From the NCBI GenBank assembly GCA_021498095.1, contig JAIZWK010000001.1, positions 990,001 to 1,022,000 of the forward strand: a stretch of DNA of 32,000 bases. The letters are read 5' to 3'. Below, piece after piece: positions 7,376 through 16,865 of the stretch. Numbering within the stretch: position 1 is the stretch's first letter; each line of letters opens with the position of its first letter. Source of the DNA: Candidatus Harpocratesius repetitus (GTDB taxonomy: Archaea > Asgardarchaeota > Lokiarchaeia > Sigyniarchaeales > Promethearchaeaceae). The notes beneath the pieces were generated by a model, which was given only the letters and a program-made list of their open reading frames with translations, was not told where the DNA came from and did no database searches. Made by a program: the position numbers and the translations under genes.

Positions 7376-9050
7376 TATTATTCCCTTTTTCTCTATTTTG
7401 TCTAATTAATTTTATAATTTCAGATTGTTCTTTCATTGCTTCATCAAAAAATCCTTTCGGCCAATTTACTATTCCATTTTCATCAATCTTGATTTGCTCA
7501 AATTCCATTCCTTTATTTCCCATTTTTATAAAATATACTGCAATTGAATTTTTAAGTATATGATCATTATCTTCAACAATACGGCGCACTATTCGATTTA
7601 TAATATGCTCACTATGTGTCTCAATTATTGTATATCTTTTTGATAAGCTCATAGCAATAAAAAAATCCGCTAACCGCATTTGTAAATCTGGATGAAGATG
7701 AATTTCAGGTTGTTCTAATATTAAAGTGCTTTTTTCTTTCATCCTGATGCCCTCAATAAGAATTGGAATTACTTGACTTATTCCGAATCCAACATGTTTT
7801 AAATTATATTCATTTATACGAAATCGAAACATTGAATCTGAATTTTGAGGATATTCTGATTGTATATTTCCAAATTTAAAATAATTTGCCCAGAGATTCA
7901 AAATCTCTGAGAGAGTTTTTTTTTTAATTTTTTCAAAATTGTTTTTATTTTGGTGGAAAAATTCATTTATTTCTACTTCTTTTTCACTTTCAAAAATTAA
8001 AGGTGCATTTTCTCCCCTAATTCCAATTTCTAATTTTTGATCTTCACATATATATCTTAAGGAAGGCTCTTCTCTAAGAGGACCAATAAATGACAGATTT
8101 TCTATTTCTACAGTCAATTCGTTTAAGTAATAAGACAATCGGGCGAATATAGAATAAATATCATCTTGAATTTGAGAAGTAAAATCATGAACAAGTAATT
8201 TAAATTCATTTACAGTATTCTTTTTTTTATTTTTTTCATTTTGGTACTTTTCTATTATCTCTTGAATTTTATTTAGTATTTCATTTATTAGTTCATAATC
8301 TTTTTGATTTTTTTCAATTTTTATTAAAGTGCTAATTTCTTCTAGATAGTTATCAAAATCACCTTCGCTAATTTTTTCAGAATTATATAATTTTTGAATT
8401 ATTGAAACCAGACCATTAAATTTTTCATCAATTATTGAATTAATTGTATTTAAACTAAGGTGGAATTTATTAAAAGATAAAAATAAAAAGTTATTAGCTA
8501 TATTAAAAAAACTTTTATAAGGAAAACGTAATTGTCTTTTTTTTAATATTGCTAAATCACCTTTTTTTTTAAGAAATTTGAATTTTCTATCTTCTTCAAT
8601 ATTCCATTTCAAAATATATTTTTTTGGATCAGGAATAAATATATATTTATTTTTTTTATTCATAAAATTCTCAATAAAGTTCAATTCAATTAGATCTATT
8701 TTATCAAAAAGTGTATGGCTTTCTTTTTTTTTATAAACCATTTCAATAATTATGTCTTTATCTTTAGAAAATTTCAAATGCGTCAATTTAAACATCATTT
8801 TTATTGGTTCATCTGGTTTATTTTGCCATGAAATATCTATAAATGAACCTAAACGAACAAATTTCCCATTTAAAATTAAATTTTCGAGCGATTGGTTTTT
8901 TTCTTCTGATTGCTTAAGTAATAATAAAGACTCTAAAATTGATGTTTTTCCTGAACTATTTCTTCCGCAAAAAATTGTAATAGGTTTAATTTTTAATCCT
9001 TCAAGATGCTTAATTCCTTTAAAATTTTGAATTCCTATTTCATCTATCAT
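7368..9050 (-). CDS. ABC-type ATPase (AAA_15/AAA_21-like) with DUF3696-like C-terminus
   Basis: IQNFKGI, Walker A GRNSSGKT, signature-region HVGFGISQ, Walker B LILEQPEIHLHP, H-loop IETHSE, and the C-terminal IDENGIVNWPKGFFDE typical of DUF3696. Confidence 0.88.
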   Translation of the reverse strand: MIDEIGIQNFKGIKHLEGLKIKPITIFCGRNSSGKTSILESLLLLKQSEEKNQSLENLILNGKFVRLGSFIDISWQNKPDEPIKMMFKLTHLKFSKDKDIIIEMVYKKKESHTLFDKIDLIELNFIENFMNKKNKYIFIPDPKKYILKWNIEEDRKFKFLKKKGDLAILKKRQLRFPYKSFFNIANNFLFLSFNKFHLSLNTINSIIDEKFNGLVSIIQKLYNSEKISEGDFDNYLEEISTLIKIEKNQKDYELINEILNKIQEIIEKYQNEKNKKKNTVNEFKLLVHDFTSQIQDDIYSIFARLSYYLNELTVEIENLSFIGPLREEPSLRYICEDQKLEIGIRGENAPLIFESEKEVEINEFFHQNKNNFEKIKKKTLSEILNLWANYFKFGNIQSEYPQNSDSMFRFRINEYNLKHVGFGISQVIPILIEGIRMKEKSTLILEQPEIHLHPDLQMRLADFFIAMSLSKRYTIIETHSEHIINRIVRRIVEDNDHILKNSIAVYFIKMGNKGMEFEQIKIDENGIVNWPKGFFDEAMKEQSEIIKLIRQNREKGNNND

Positions 9051-9446
9051 AGTATTAAATTAAATAAAAAACCCTATAAAATCATTGGAAAATATATCCT
9101 TCATTTTTTTAAATCGGACTTTAGCTAATGCTAAAAGTGAAATTTTTTGATTTTAATATAATAAAGTATACTATAGATATGTTTCTTTAAAAAAATTCTT
9201 CAAAATCTTTCATTTCGCTTCTTTTTTATCCATTATTGCTTATTCATAATGGAAGGTGTTTTTGTTCGATTAAAATTGTTAGAATTGGATCAATGTCTTA
9301 AAAAAATTAGTGAAATTTGAATAATAAGTCATAAATAAATGAAAGTTCAAGATAAAATGAATAATTCGCACCAAAATTTATAGTGGGAGGTATTAATGCT
9401 CAAATTTTTAAAGCCTTGATAATCTTTCATATCTTGGTGATAAAAA

Positions 9447-9785
9447 ATGGCACCAAAAATCGCTTATTGTGGTCTTGATTGCTTAAAATGTCCAGCATAT
9501 ATTGCCACTGTGGAAAATAATACTGATCAATTGACTGAACTTAGTAAAAAATGGAGTTCTCCTGAAATGCAATTTTCTCCTGAAGATATTAAGTGTAAAG
9601 GATGTACTCAGTCAGTTCAACTGTTTTCCTGGTGTTCTAACTGTGATATAAGAAATTGTGCAATGAGTAGAAATATTGAAAATTGTGGTTATTGTGGAGA
9701 ATATCCATGTGATAAGTTAACCCCCTCTCATGAAAATAACCCAGAAGCGAGAACAACCTTAGATCGAATTCATGAAAAATTGTAA
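9447..9785 (+). CDS. DUF3795 family Cys-rich (metal-binding) protein
   Basis: CGLDCLKCPAY, CKGC, CDIRNCA, CGYCGEYPC pattern; GGTGA upstream of the ATG. Confidence 0.85.
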   Translation: MAPKIAYCGLDCLKCPAYIATVENNTDQLTELSKKWSSPEMQFSPEDIKCKGCTQSVQLFSWCSNCDIRNCAMSRNIENCGYCGEYPCDKLTPSHENNPEARTTLDRIHEKL

Positions 9786-9889
9786 TCTTTTTTCATTTTA
9801 ATTCATCATTTCATCAATCAGCATTTTATCGATCTTTATTTTTTTATCCCTTAATGAAAAATACCTTGATTTAATTCACCTTATATAAA

Positions 9890-9937
9890 TTCACTTCATT
9901 TCACTTCACTTTATTTCACTTTATTTCACTTCATTTC
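9890..9937. repeat. Imperfect 5-bp tandem repeat (TTCAC/TTCAT/TTTAT) x9
   Basis: TTCAC TTCAT TTCAC TTCAC TTTAT TTCAC TTTAT TTCAC TTCAT TTC read directly; it overlaps the stop of 9931..10989. Confidence 0.85.
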
Positions 9938-10989
9938 GGCTGAATTTTTCGGCGATTTTTAAAAAATTTCCATTTCTGCACACTATATCGTATTCCAAAA
10001 CCAACGGCCAGCAATCCTATAATTCCACCTCCCAACATCACCCCTGCTTTCCAATCAAATATTACTTTATGAGCGGAAGGAGTAAAAGGAGGGGGAGAAA
10101 AAGTGTCATTTGCATTAGTATTTGAAGAGTTATTATCATCAGGTGTAATTGGAGCATATGGGTTGAAAGGATTTTCATTTACAGAATTTGGTGTCGAATA
10201 TTTTGGGAGAATCTGAACGCTCATATTACCTTGTTCACTGCTCGTTGGATTACGCATCCATACTCTATACAAAAGTAAAATTCGGTTAGTTGAATAATAG
10301 GCTTCCAAGCTCATTACCAAAAAGTAGATAAGAATTCGGTAGTAAAAATCAATTCTTAAGCTTAAACCGTTAGAGTTTACAGTCAAATTCGCTTTAAACT
10401 TATCATCTTGATTTACTTCGTCTAAAAGCGGATCGAATTCGGCTTTTTGAGCAGAAAAATTTGTTTCTAAGGGCAGTAATAAAGATACAAGGGTGAAATT
10501 GGAGAAGAAGTCTTCAGCAAGATTTCCAGATAAAATTGCTTCCGAGTGGTTGCAAAAAGTTGAATTTAGTTGAGTAACATCAGTTACATTAAAATAATCG
10601 TAAGAAAGAAATAAGTGAGTAGAATTCTGATTTACAGCGGTGAGATTATAGCGAAAAAGTTCGAATTTTTGGCCAAAAGTAACATTATAAGTTAATATAT
10701 CTCCGACTTTGGCTCCTAAACTAAGATTAAGTGATGAACTTGATCTGGGGTCTTTATCTATATCTTTTCTTTTAAAGGAATTAAATGTATCTTGTGTTTC
10801 CCGTGTGTGAATATTGTGAATCGTATGAATTTTATGAGTCGTGTGAATCGTATGAATAGTTTCAATCGAGGTGGGAGCGATTATAATAGATAAAAATGGG
10901 GAAGTAAGTATTAATGCAAAAATTATTCCGCTATAAAATAATGGTCGATTTTTATTCACTAATTTCACATATCCTATTATTTTTTTCAT
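9931..10989 (-). CDS. Membrane-anchored extracellular protein (N-terminal signal/TM, C-terminal TM plus basic tail)
   Basis: Hydrophobic residues ~17-38, many N-x-S/T sequons, a Pro/Asn/Ser-rich linker, then GVMLGGGIIGLLAVGFGI followed by KWKFFKNRRK. Confidence 0.8.
   Translation of the reverse strand: MKKIIGYVKLVNKNRPLFYSGIIFALILTSPFLSIIIAPTSIETIHTIHTTHKIHTIHNIHTRETQDTFNSFKRKDIDKDPRSSSSLNLSLGAKVGDILTYNVTFGQKFELFRYNLTAVNQNSTHLFLSYDYFNVTDVTQLNSTFCNHSEAILSGNLAEDFFSNFTLVSLLLPLETNFSAQKAEFDPLLDEVNQDDKFKANLTVNSNGLSLRIDFYYRILIYFLVMSLEAYYSTNRILLLYRVWMRNPTSSEQGNMSVQILPKYSTPNSVNENPFNPYAPITPDDNNSSNTNANDTFSPPPFTPSAHKVIFDWKAGVMLGGGIIGLLAVGFGIRYSVQKWKFFKNRRKIQPK
10807..10860 (-). repeat. In-frame 9-bp tandem repeat encoding (x-I-H)6
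   Basis: ACT ATT CAT ACG ATT CAC ACG ACT CAT AAA ATT CAT ACG ATT CAC AAT ATT CAC = TIH TIH TTH KIH TIH NIH. Confidence 0.85.
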
Positions 10990-11019
10990 CTTTAATTATT
11001 TTACTCACTATTCACTCGA

Positions 11020-11406
11020 TCAAGGTGATTTTTCTTCAACGATGGCTAAAATATGGCCGTCTAAATCCATGCCGTAACCCACACGATCGCCCCAATCACG
11101 GAGTTTTATGGGTGATATGATTTTGCCACCAAATTTTTCAATACGTTGCAAGATTGTCGTTGGATGTTTATCAAAAATGTAAAGTTCACAGTGTGGTATT
11201 CCTACTGCTTGATCTGGATGGGGAATTTGATTTTTTAGAAGTTTCATGATTCCATTATTGGGCATTAATCCAAAACGAAATCTCGAAGGAAGCATGAATT
11301 CAGTCATTCCAGGCACATTGAGAATCGGTTTAACTCCAAATACATGGATATAAAAGTTAGTACTCGATATTTGATCTTTTACATATAAAATAGCAAATGA
11401 TTGCAT
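11020..11406 (-). CDS. VOC/glyoxalase superfamily protein
   Basis: ILYVKDQISSTNFYIHVFG at the N-terminus and WGDRVGYGMDLDGHILAI at the C-terminus. Confidence 0.85.
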   Translation of the reverse strand: MQSFAILYVKDQISSTNFYIHVFGVKPILNVPGMTEFMLPSRFRFGLMPNNGIMKLLKNQIPHPDQAVGIPHCELYIFDKHPTTILQRIEKFGGKIISPIKLRDWGDRVGYGMDLDGHILAIVEEKSP

Positions 11407-11637
11407 GAGAATTAAGAAGAGAAGCTTGCTTAAGAGTTATTACAATTAATTGAGTGATCAAATTTTCCAAAGATTCTGATGAGGATTTTAAAAAATCACT
11501 GGAATATTTATAAAAAATAATTTAAATAGAGTGGTTTGGTTATAAATTCTTGAGCAAAACTTTTTCAGAAACCATTAGTTTTGATCTTATGTGCAGAATC
11601 GAGTTTTAAAAAAAAAAAATAATGAGGGTGTTGATTT

Positions 11638-12753
11638 ATGTCCGAATCTGAATTAAAAAAAATCCGAGAACAATTAGCCCGCGCTTTGCGTGAGCGTGAT
11701 AGATATCGGAATGAACTGGATCGACTTCAGCGCCGAATTAATAAAATGGCAGTTCCACCATTACTGCTAGCCACCGTATCTCGGATTGTAGATGATGCTT
11801 TTGCGGTCATTCACACCCCATCAGGAAATGATTTTCTGGTTGCCAGCCCGTTTGAATCCTTAAAAGCGGGGGATGTGGTAGGAGTGGATCAACAAACACT
11901 TAAAATCGTGAAAATTTTGCCCCCAAATGTTGATGCATTTGTTGCAGGTATGGAATTAGATGAAAAACCACGAGAAACCTACGAAGATATTGGTGGACTT
12001 GATGATATTATTGTAACTCTGCGTGAAGTTGTTGAATTACCCCTTACTAATCCTGAATTGTTTGAGATAATTGGAATTGAACCGCCAAATGGTGTTCTTT
12101 TAGAAGGGCCTCCTGGAACAGGGAAGACATTGATTGCTCGAGCCGTAGCAAATGCGACCAATGCAACATTCATTAGATTGGTTGGTTCTGAATTAATTCA
12201 AAAGTATATTGGTGAAGGTGCTCGTTTAGTGCGTGAACTGTTTGCTTTGGCACGAGAAAAAGCACCTGCTGTATTGTTTATCGATGAAATTGATGCAGTA
12301 GCATCTAAACGAACGCAAGATTCTCAAGTTTCAGATCGTGAAGTTCAACGAACCTTGATGCAGTTATTGGCTGAAATGGATGGATTTAACGCTTTAGATC
12401 AAGTAAAAATAATAGCCGCAACCAATCGTCCAGATATTTTGGACCCTGCCATTCTCCGTCCTGGTCGTTTCGATCGGATTATTAAGGTCGGATTACCCGA
12501 TGCCAAAGGTAGGGCAGAAATATTCAAAATTCATACCAGAAATATGCCGTTAGAAAATGTTAATCTTGAAAAAATGGCAATGCAATTGGAAAATCTCTCC
12601 GGTGCTGATATAAAATCCATTTGTACCGAAGCAGGAATGAATGCAATTCGATCAAATCGTAAAACGGTAAAAATGGAAGATTTCAAGTTTGCCTATGATA
12701 AATATATCAGAAAAGTACGGGAAAGTCGACCGGCTGCGCCCGTATATTCCTAA
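11638..12753 (+). CDS. pan: Proteasome-activating nucleotidase (AAA+ ATPase)
   Basis: N-terminal coiled coil and OB region, [53 protein letters not shown], and a C-terminal HbYX-type tail (VYS). Confidence 0.95.
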   Translation: MSESELKKIREQLARALRERDRYRNELDRLQRRINKMAVPPLLLATVSRIVDDAFAVIHTPSGNDFLVASPFESLKAGDVVGVDQQTLKIVKILPPNVDAFVAGMELDEKPRETYEDIGGLDDIIVTLREVVELPLTNPELFEIIGIEPPNGVLLEGPPGTGKTLIARAVANATNATFIRLVGSELIQKYIGEGARLVRELFALAREKAPAVLFIDEIDAVASKRTQDSQVSDREVQRTLMQLLAEMDGFNALDQVKIIAATNRPDILDPAILRPGRFDRIIKVGLPDAKGRAEIFKIHTRNMPLENVNLEKMAMQLENLSGADIKSICTEAGMNAIRSNRKTVKMEDFKFAYDKYIRKVRESRPAAPVYS

Positions 12754-12759
12754 AACCTA

Positions 12760-12767
12760 TTTTTTTT
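12760..12767 (+). terminator. Oligo-T tract, possible archaeal terminator of pan
   Basis: T8 run just after the pan stop codon. Weak evidence in such an AT-rich genome. Confidence 0.35.
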
Positions 12768-13053
12768 ACTGATTACTGATTTAGCAGGTAATAATACATT
12801 GTAACTGAAGAAATTAGAGCAAGGTTACGAAATCCAAGAAATTTTGGATGAAATTCGGCAATTTCTATAGTGGAAAATATTCACATTAGTTCTTATGAAG
12901 AATATTTTCTTTTATTTGATAATTACCTCCACGCAAAAATAAAATATGATAGTCTAAATGAGGTGTTAAAGCAGCTGCTTTCCACTCCTTGTTCACGAGG
13001 GGCAAATATCTCCATAAAATATGAAGAATATGCACCTAAAATTGATTTGGTTT

Positions 13054-14403
13054 TCAACCAGTTATTAAATAAAAAACGAATAAATAGAGGATGCATAAGA
13101 AAATATGGAACAAAGCAAAAACCCCGCCAGTTTTTAAGAGTGAGCTATAAGTGAAACCTTCTACCCGATTCTTCTTAGCTAAGTTTAAGGTCATTAAATC
13201 ACAGGTTGCTCCTTGGGGAAGGAGATTGCCACCCAAATTTATACCAAGAAGAAATGCGATTAGGACCACATCTGGAATATTCCCAGGATATAAATGTCGT
13301 AAAATGATAATTAAAAGAACAGCAGTGGGATTACTGGCTAAAAATCCTGAAAATAAACTGGATACTAATAACACGCCGATAGCAGCTATGAAAGTATTAC
13401 TTAAATCAAAGAAAGAAAGCCCGGTTGCTATAAAAGTGAATGTTTCATTGAATTCCATAGCACCAATCAAGATAAAAAGGGCGATAAAAAAGAAAATAAC
13501 CTTAAGATCAACCTTTTTGATGGTTTGCACCAGAGGGATTTGGTTAAGAAGGGTCATTATTATCCCTCCAAAAAAAGCGATTAAATAAGAATATTCTGCA
13601 AAAAAGACAAATCCCGCAATAATTACACCAAAATAAATAGAATTTAGGGTAAAACGCTTGCGATCTCTGATAACTAAGTCAGGGTTCATAATTTCCAAGA
13701 ATAATATACGCTGTTGTTCTGTAGGGGGATTATATTTTCGTAGAACAAGCAGATCAAGCAATACCAAAGTCAAAACTAAAGTAATGATAATGAATGGACC
13801 CATTTTTGCCATAAACCAAATAAGATCAAGCCCGAATTCGGAGGAGATCAAGATATTCTTCGAAGAAGAAAAAGGAGTTAATACCGAACCAATATTAATA
13901 GTGATTGTGATTCCGTAAAGGAATGGTGATGGGTTGATTTTGAGAATACGACAGGCACGAATAACCAAGGGCACGAATAGAACTGCTACAGTGACATCAG
14001 CTATTATTGTTGCCACCAGAGTACTGATGGTGCATATCATGTAGAAAAAGAAACGGTGATTACCTTTAGTGATTTGCAGGGTTTTTACTGCCACCCACTG
14101 GAATATTTTATATTCTTCAGCAACAGCTACGATGATCTGCATTCCTAAAATAAATATTAACGGTTGGAATTCAATCATGTTAAAGAAAATCTGCATCCAA
14201 CTAAGTTCTTGAACCTTTACTGGATCAATCCAACTCAAGAAACTGGCGGCATCTGCTTTTGGAATATAAATACTCGTCAGAACTGCCGCAATAATGGCAC
14301 AGATGAGCGAAACAGCAACATAATCCATATTTTCGCGGCTAAAGACAATAAGGATAGCTACAAACAAGGTGATTTCAATTGCCAGCAAGATGTAATTTAC
14401 CAA
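13054..14403 (-). CDS. ArsB/NhaD/SLC13-type (P-protein/CitMHS-like) ion or anion permease
   Basis: About 11-12 hydrophobic segments, with NIGSVLTPFSSSKNILI and NLGGNLLPQGATCD re-entrant motifs in the two halves. Confidence 0.8.
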   Translation of the reverse strand: MVNYILLAIEITLFVAILIVFSRENMDYVAVSLICAIIAAVLTSIYIPKADAASFLSWIDPVKVQELSWMQIFFNMIEFQPLIFILGMQIIVAVAEEYKIFQWVAVKTLQITKGNHRFFFYMICTISTLVATIIADVTVAVLFVPLVIRACRILKINPSPFLYGITITINIGSVLTPFSSSKNILISSEFGLDLIWFMAKMGPFIIITLVLTLVLLDLLVLRKYNPPTEQQRILFLEIMNPDLVIRDRKRFTLNSIYFGVIIAGFVFFAEYSYLIAFFGGIIMTLLNQIPLVQTIKKVDLKVIFFFIALFILIGAMEFNETFTFIATGLSFFDLSNTFIAAIGVLLVSSLFSGFLASNPTAVLLIIILRHLYPGNIPDVVLIAFLLGINLGGNLLPQGATCDLMTLNLAKKNRVEGFTYSSLLKTGGVFALFHIFLCILYLFVFYLITG

Positions 14404-14421
14404 GTTCTTTCACTTTACTCA

Positions 14422-14660
14422 TTATGGAAAAAAAAAAATTTCTTCAATGATTTTGTTTTGAATATAGAGTGATAATTCTTCAATGAAATGAATATCATAT
14501 ATTTTTATATTTTTTTCTAAATTTTTGTAAATATATTTATGAATAGGATATAAATCTTGGTTGAGAATTACAATACAATTGTCCATATCGGTTTACTCTG
14601 TTTCTTCCCATGATAAATATGAACCATACATAATAACTCCCAAAATCGAATTTTTGTCTA
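14422..14660 (-). pseudogene. Minimal nucleotidyltransferase (MNT, Pol-beta superfamily) remnant
   Basis: The minus strand reads DKNSILGVIMYGSYLSWEETE*TDMDNCIVI...KIYDIHFIEELSLYIQNKIIEE. This is GS...DxD plus a third Asp, with a TAA at 14595-14593. The 5' end is cut by the IS TIR at 14661. Confidence 0.75.
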
Positions 14661-16076
14661 CATTATCAATGTAATTGGTTTTTTATAGATTTTCTGAGCT
14701 TGAAATCATGCTGAAGCTCAATTTTTTGTTTAAATCATATAGTACTTTCCAAATTTCTTTGCATTGAAGAAGTGCATAATTATCTCGAAAGATAAAGGGA
14801 ATAATTTAAAAGATAAGCTTTTTTACCCGTAAATATGTCGACAAATCTTCAGGAAAATCCATCGGTTGGGGCCGATATCGGACAAATTACTCCTAATCAG
14901 ATTAATCCGCAGTTACTTTTAGATATTGCGGAGGTCATAGATCCTGTGATTTCCCAAAAATTGCCTTTAAAACAAAGTGGGTTTTCCTATACGATCTTCG
15001 TTCTGTTTGCATGTTGTATGCAAATATTAAGACTTTCGCCCCGACACACATCAGAAGTTATTCAAAAAAAGTGTTCTCGTGCTCAAATTTCATTTCAATC
15101 CTACTCAGTTACCAAATTTTCAAATGGTAAACAACGGAGATTCTTCCCTGATGAACCTGCTTTTTCTCGATGTTTTCAAACCTTGTCTAAGTTAGATTTA
15201 GTTGAAGCATTTTGGAATTCTGTACTTTTGGCACATTTATTAATTCTCAAATCTCTAAAAATTGTAAGTTCAGATCTAAAGTTAATAGCAGATTACACCG
15301 ATACACCCTGTAAAAAAAATATGCAAGATCCATATTGTTTTGGAAAGAAAGAAGGTAAAACCGTTCATCGTACGCTTAGTTTTTCCGTTATTTCAGGTGA
15401 TTTTCATCATATGATTGCCAATTTTAAAATTAAAAAGCGTCAAGATAAACTTCCTTTGTTTCACAATGTCCATGAGATGCTAGTTTCTAACTGCTTTTCC
15501 ATAAAATATGTTATGCTTGACCGAGGGTTTTATCGTATATGAATACTAAAGTTCTTTTAGCAGAAACATGTGACCGTGATTATGCCTGGAAGAAAATGTG
15601 CGCAGACAAAACAAGAATTCATTCAAGATTTTAATCAAAATAAAATCCGTGAACAAATTACCAGCAGTCGAATATTTCCCCTAATTGATATGATCTGCTC
15701 AAAATCTGGCATAAGAACCCTACACGGCAATGAGAATTATATTCGAGATCTCTATCGCCGAAAATAGTTGATAGAAATTGCATTTCATGAAATGAATCGG
15801 TTAGGCATTGCACAAAAGGTGCAAGATCTCAATATTTGGCTGAATGTTATGTGAATTCGGTGCTTTTTGTACAATATATGGCAGACACAACGATTTCTAA
15901 TAAAAGAAACGATCCTACCGCAGCAGATTTAGAATTGAATTAATTTCTTGGAATGTGCTCAAATCATCGGTATCCATTATATATATCATCCATGAATTGG
16001 AAGGAGTAACATTATCATGGAGAAATGAATAGATTAATCCTATATAGAAGAAAAAGGATCAATTACATAGTGAATG
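14661..16076 (+). mobile_element. Decayed second IS copy of the same family, 1416 bp
   Basis: TIRs CATTATCAATGTAATTG (14661-14677) and CATTCACTATGTAATTG (revcomp of 16060-16076), matching at 14/17. The 5' leader and 3' trailer are homologous to 3203..4758. The flanks (TTTGTCTA / TATTATAT) are not a direct repeat. Confidence 0.88.
14835..16009 (+). pseudogene. IS4-superfamily transposase pseudogene
   Basis: Collinear with 3280..4584. It has stops at 15540-42, shortly after that, and at 15765-67, a further stop and a frameshift near the 3' end, and an in-frame loss of ~46 codons (QTKQ joined to EFIQDF). Confidence 0.9.
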
Positions 16077-16413
16077 TATTATATATACCTAAAATTTCTG
16101 CGTTTCTCGCACTGGATTCTTTAGGTTTCTTCAATTTAGAATATCATAGCTCTTAATAAGCTAGCTAGTTTTAATGATTTATGCATTCTCTATTTTTCCA
16201 ATAAAAATTAATGCATTTCAGCAAAATAGAACATTATTACTTCTTAATAATGATTATGGAGTATATTTTATACTGATATTTACTTATATATTTAAAGAAA
16301 GAATTATATTGAAGAAGATCAATAAATACATGATCAGTGGGAAGAAACACATAAAAATATAAATTTCCACTTTTTCCAAAAAATGATGTTTCATACCATT
16401 AGAGTGATTTACA

Positions 16414-16818
16414 ATGAGTTATAAAATTGAAGAACTTGAAGGAATCGGACCAAAATATGCCGAAGCTTTGAAAAAAATCGGGATTACAAAAACCGATGAG
16501 CTGCTTAAAATAAAGCAAAAAGATGTCGCAGATGTTGCCAAGAAAATCAATGTTCCAAAGAAAAATTTAGATAAATGGATAGAAATTGCGGATCTTATGC
16601 GCATTAAAGGTGTTGCGGAAGAATATAGCGAAGCACTTAATCGTATTGGAATTGATTCAGTGAAGGAATTTAAACATCGAAATGCAGCAAATACATTAAC
16701 CAAGTTAGAAGAATTAAATAGAAAATTCCCTGATATATTACGGAAACTTCCTAACATAGATATGATTAAGGAATGGATTTCTGAAGCGAAAAAACTTCCA
16801 GATCTTGATATTAACTAA
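16414..16818 (+). CDS. DUF4332 family helix-hairpin-helix protein
   Basis: IEELEGIGPKYAEAL and ADLMRIKGVAEEYSEAL HhH repeats; ends LPNIDMIKEWISEAKKLP. Confidence 0.85.
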   Translation: MSYKIEELEGIGPKYAEALKKIGITKTDELLKIKQKDVADVAKKINVPKKNLDKWIEIADLMRIKGVAEEYSEALNRIGIDSVKEFKHRNAANTLTKLEELNRKFPDILRKLPNIDMIKEWISEAKKLPDLDIN

Positions 16819-16845
16819 AGTTCTGGATTTTTTAGATATTTTAGA

Positions 16846-16865
16846 TTTTTTCTTCTTTATTTTTT
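16846..16865 (+). terminator. T-rich tract after the DUF4332 gene, immediately before the intron 5' end
   Basis: TTTTTTCTTCTTTATTTTTT directly precedes GTGCG at 16866. Confidence 0.35.

Noticed and set aside
9890-9937. CRISPR array
   Set aside because: 5-bp units with no spacers and no cas genes; the 9-bp repeat at 10807-10860 is likewise not CRISPR-like.
12754-13154. ORF 12870..13154, or a pseudogene between pan and the permease
   Set aside because: The ORF has a GTG start and overlaps the permease 3' end. The minus-strand fragments are stop-ridden and match nothing I recognise.
3203-16076. Composite transposon bounded by the two IS copies, carrying the ATPase-nuclease pair and pan
   Set aside because: The outer flanks (TTGGATAT vs TATTATAT) are not a duplication, copy 1 has its own intact TSD, and the copies are clearly diverged.
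16174-16362. 62-aa ORF right of the decayed IS
   Set aside because: Low-complexity AT-rich translation with no motif; likely a chance ORF.
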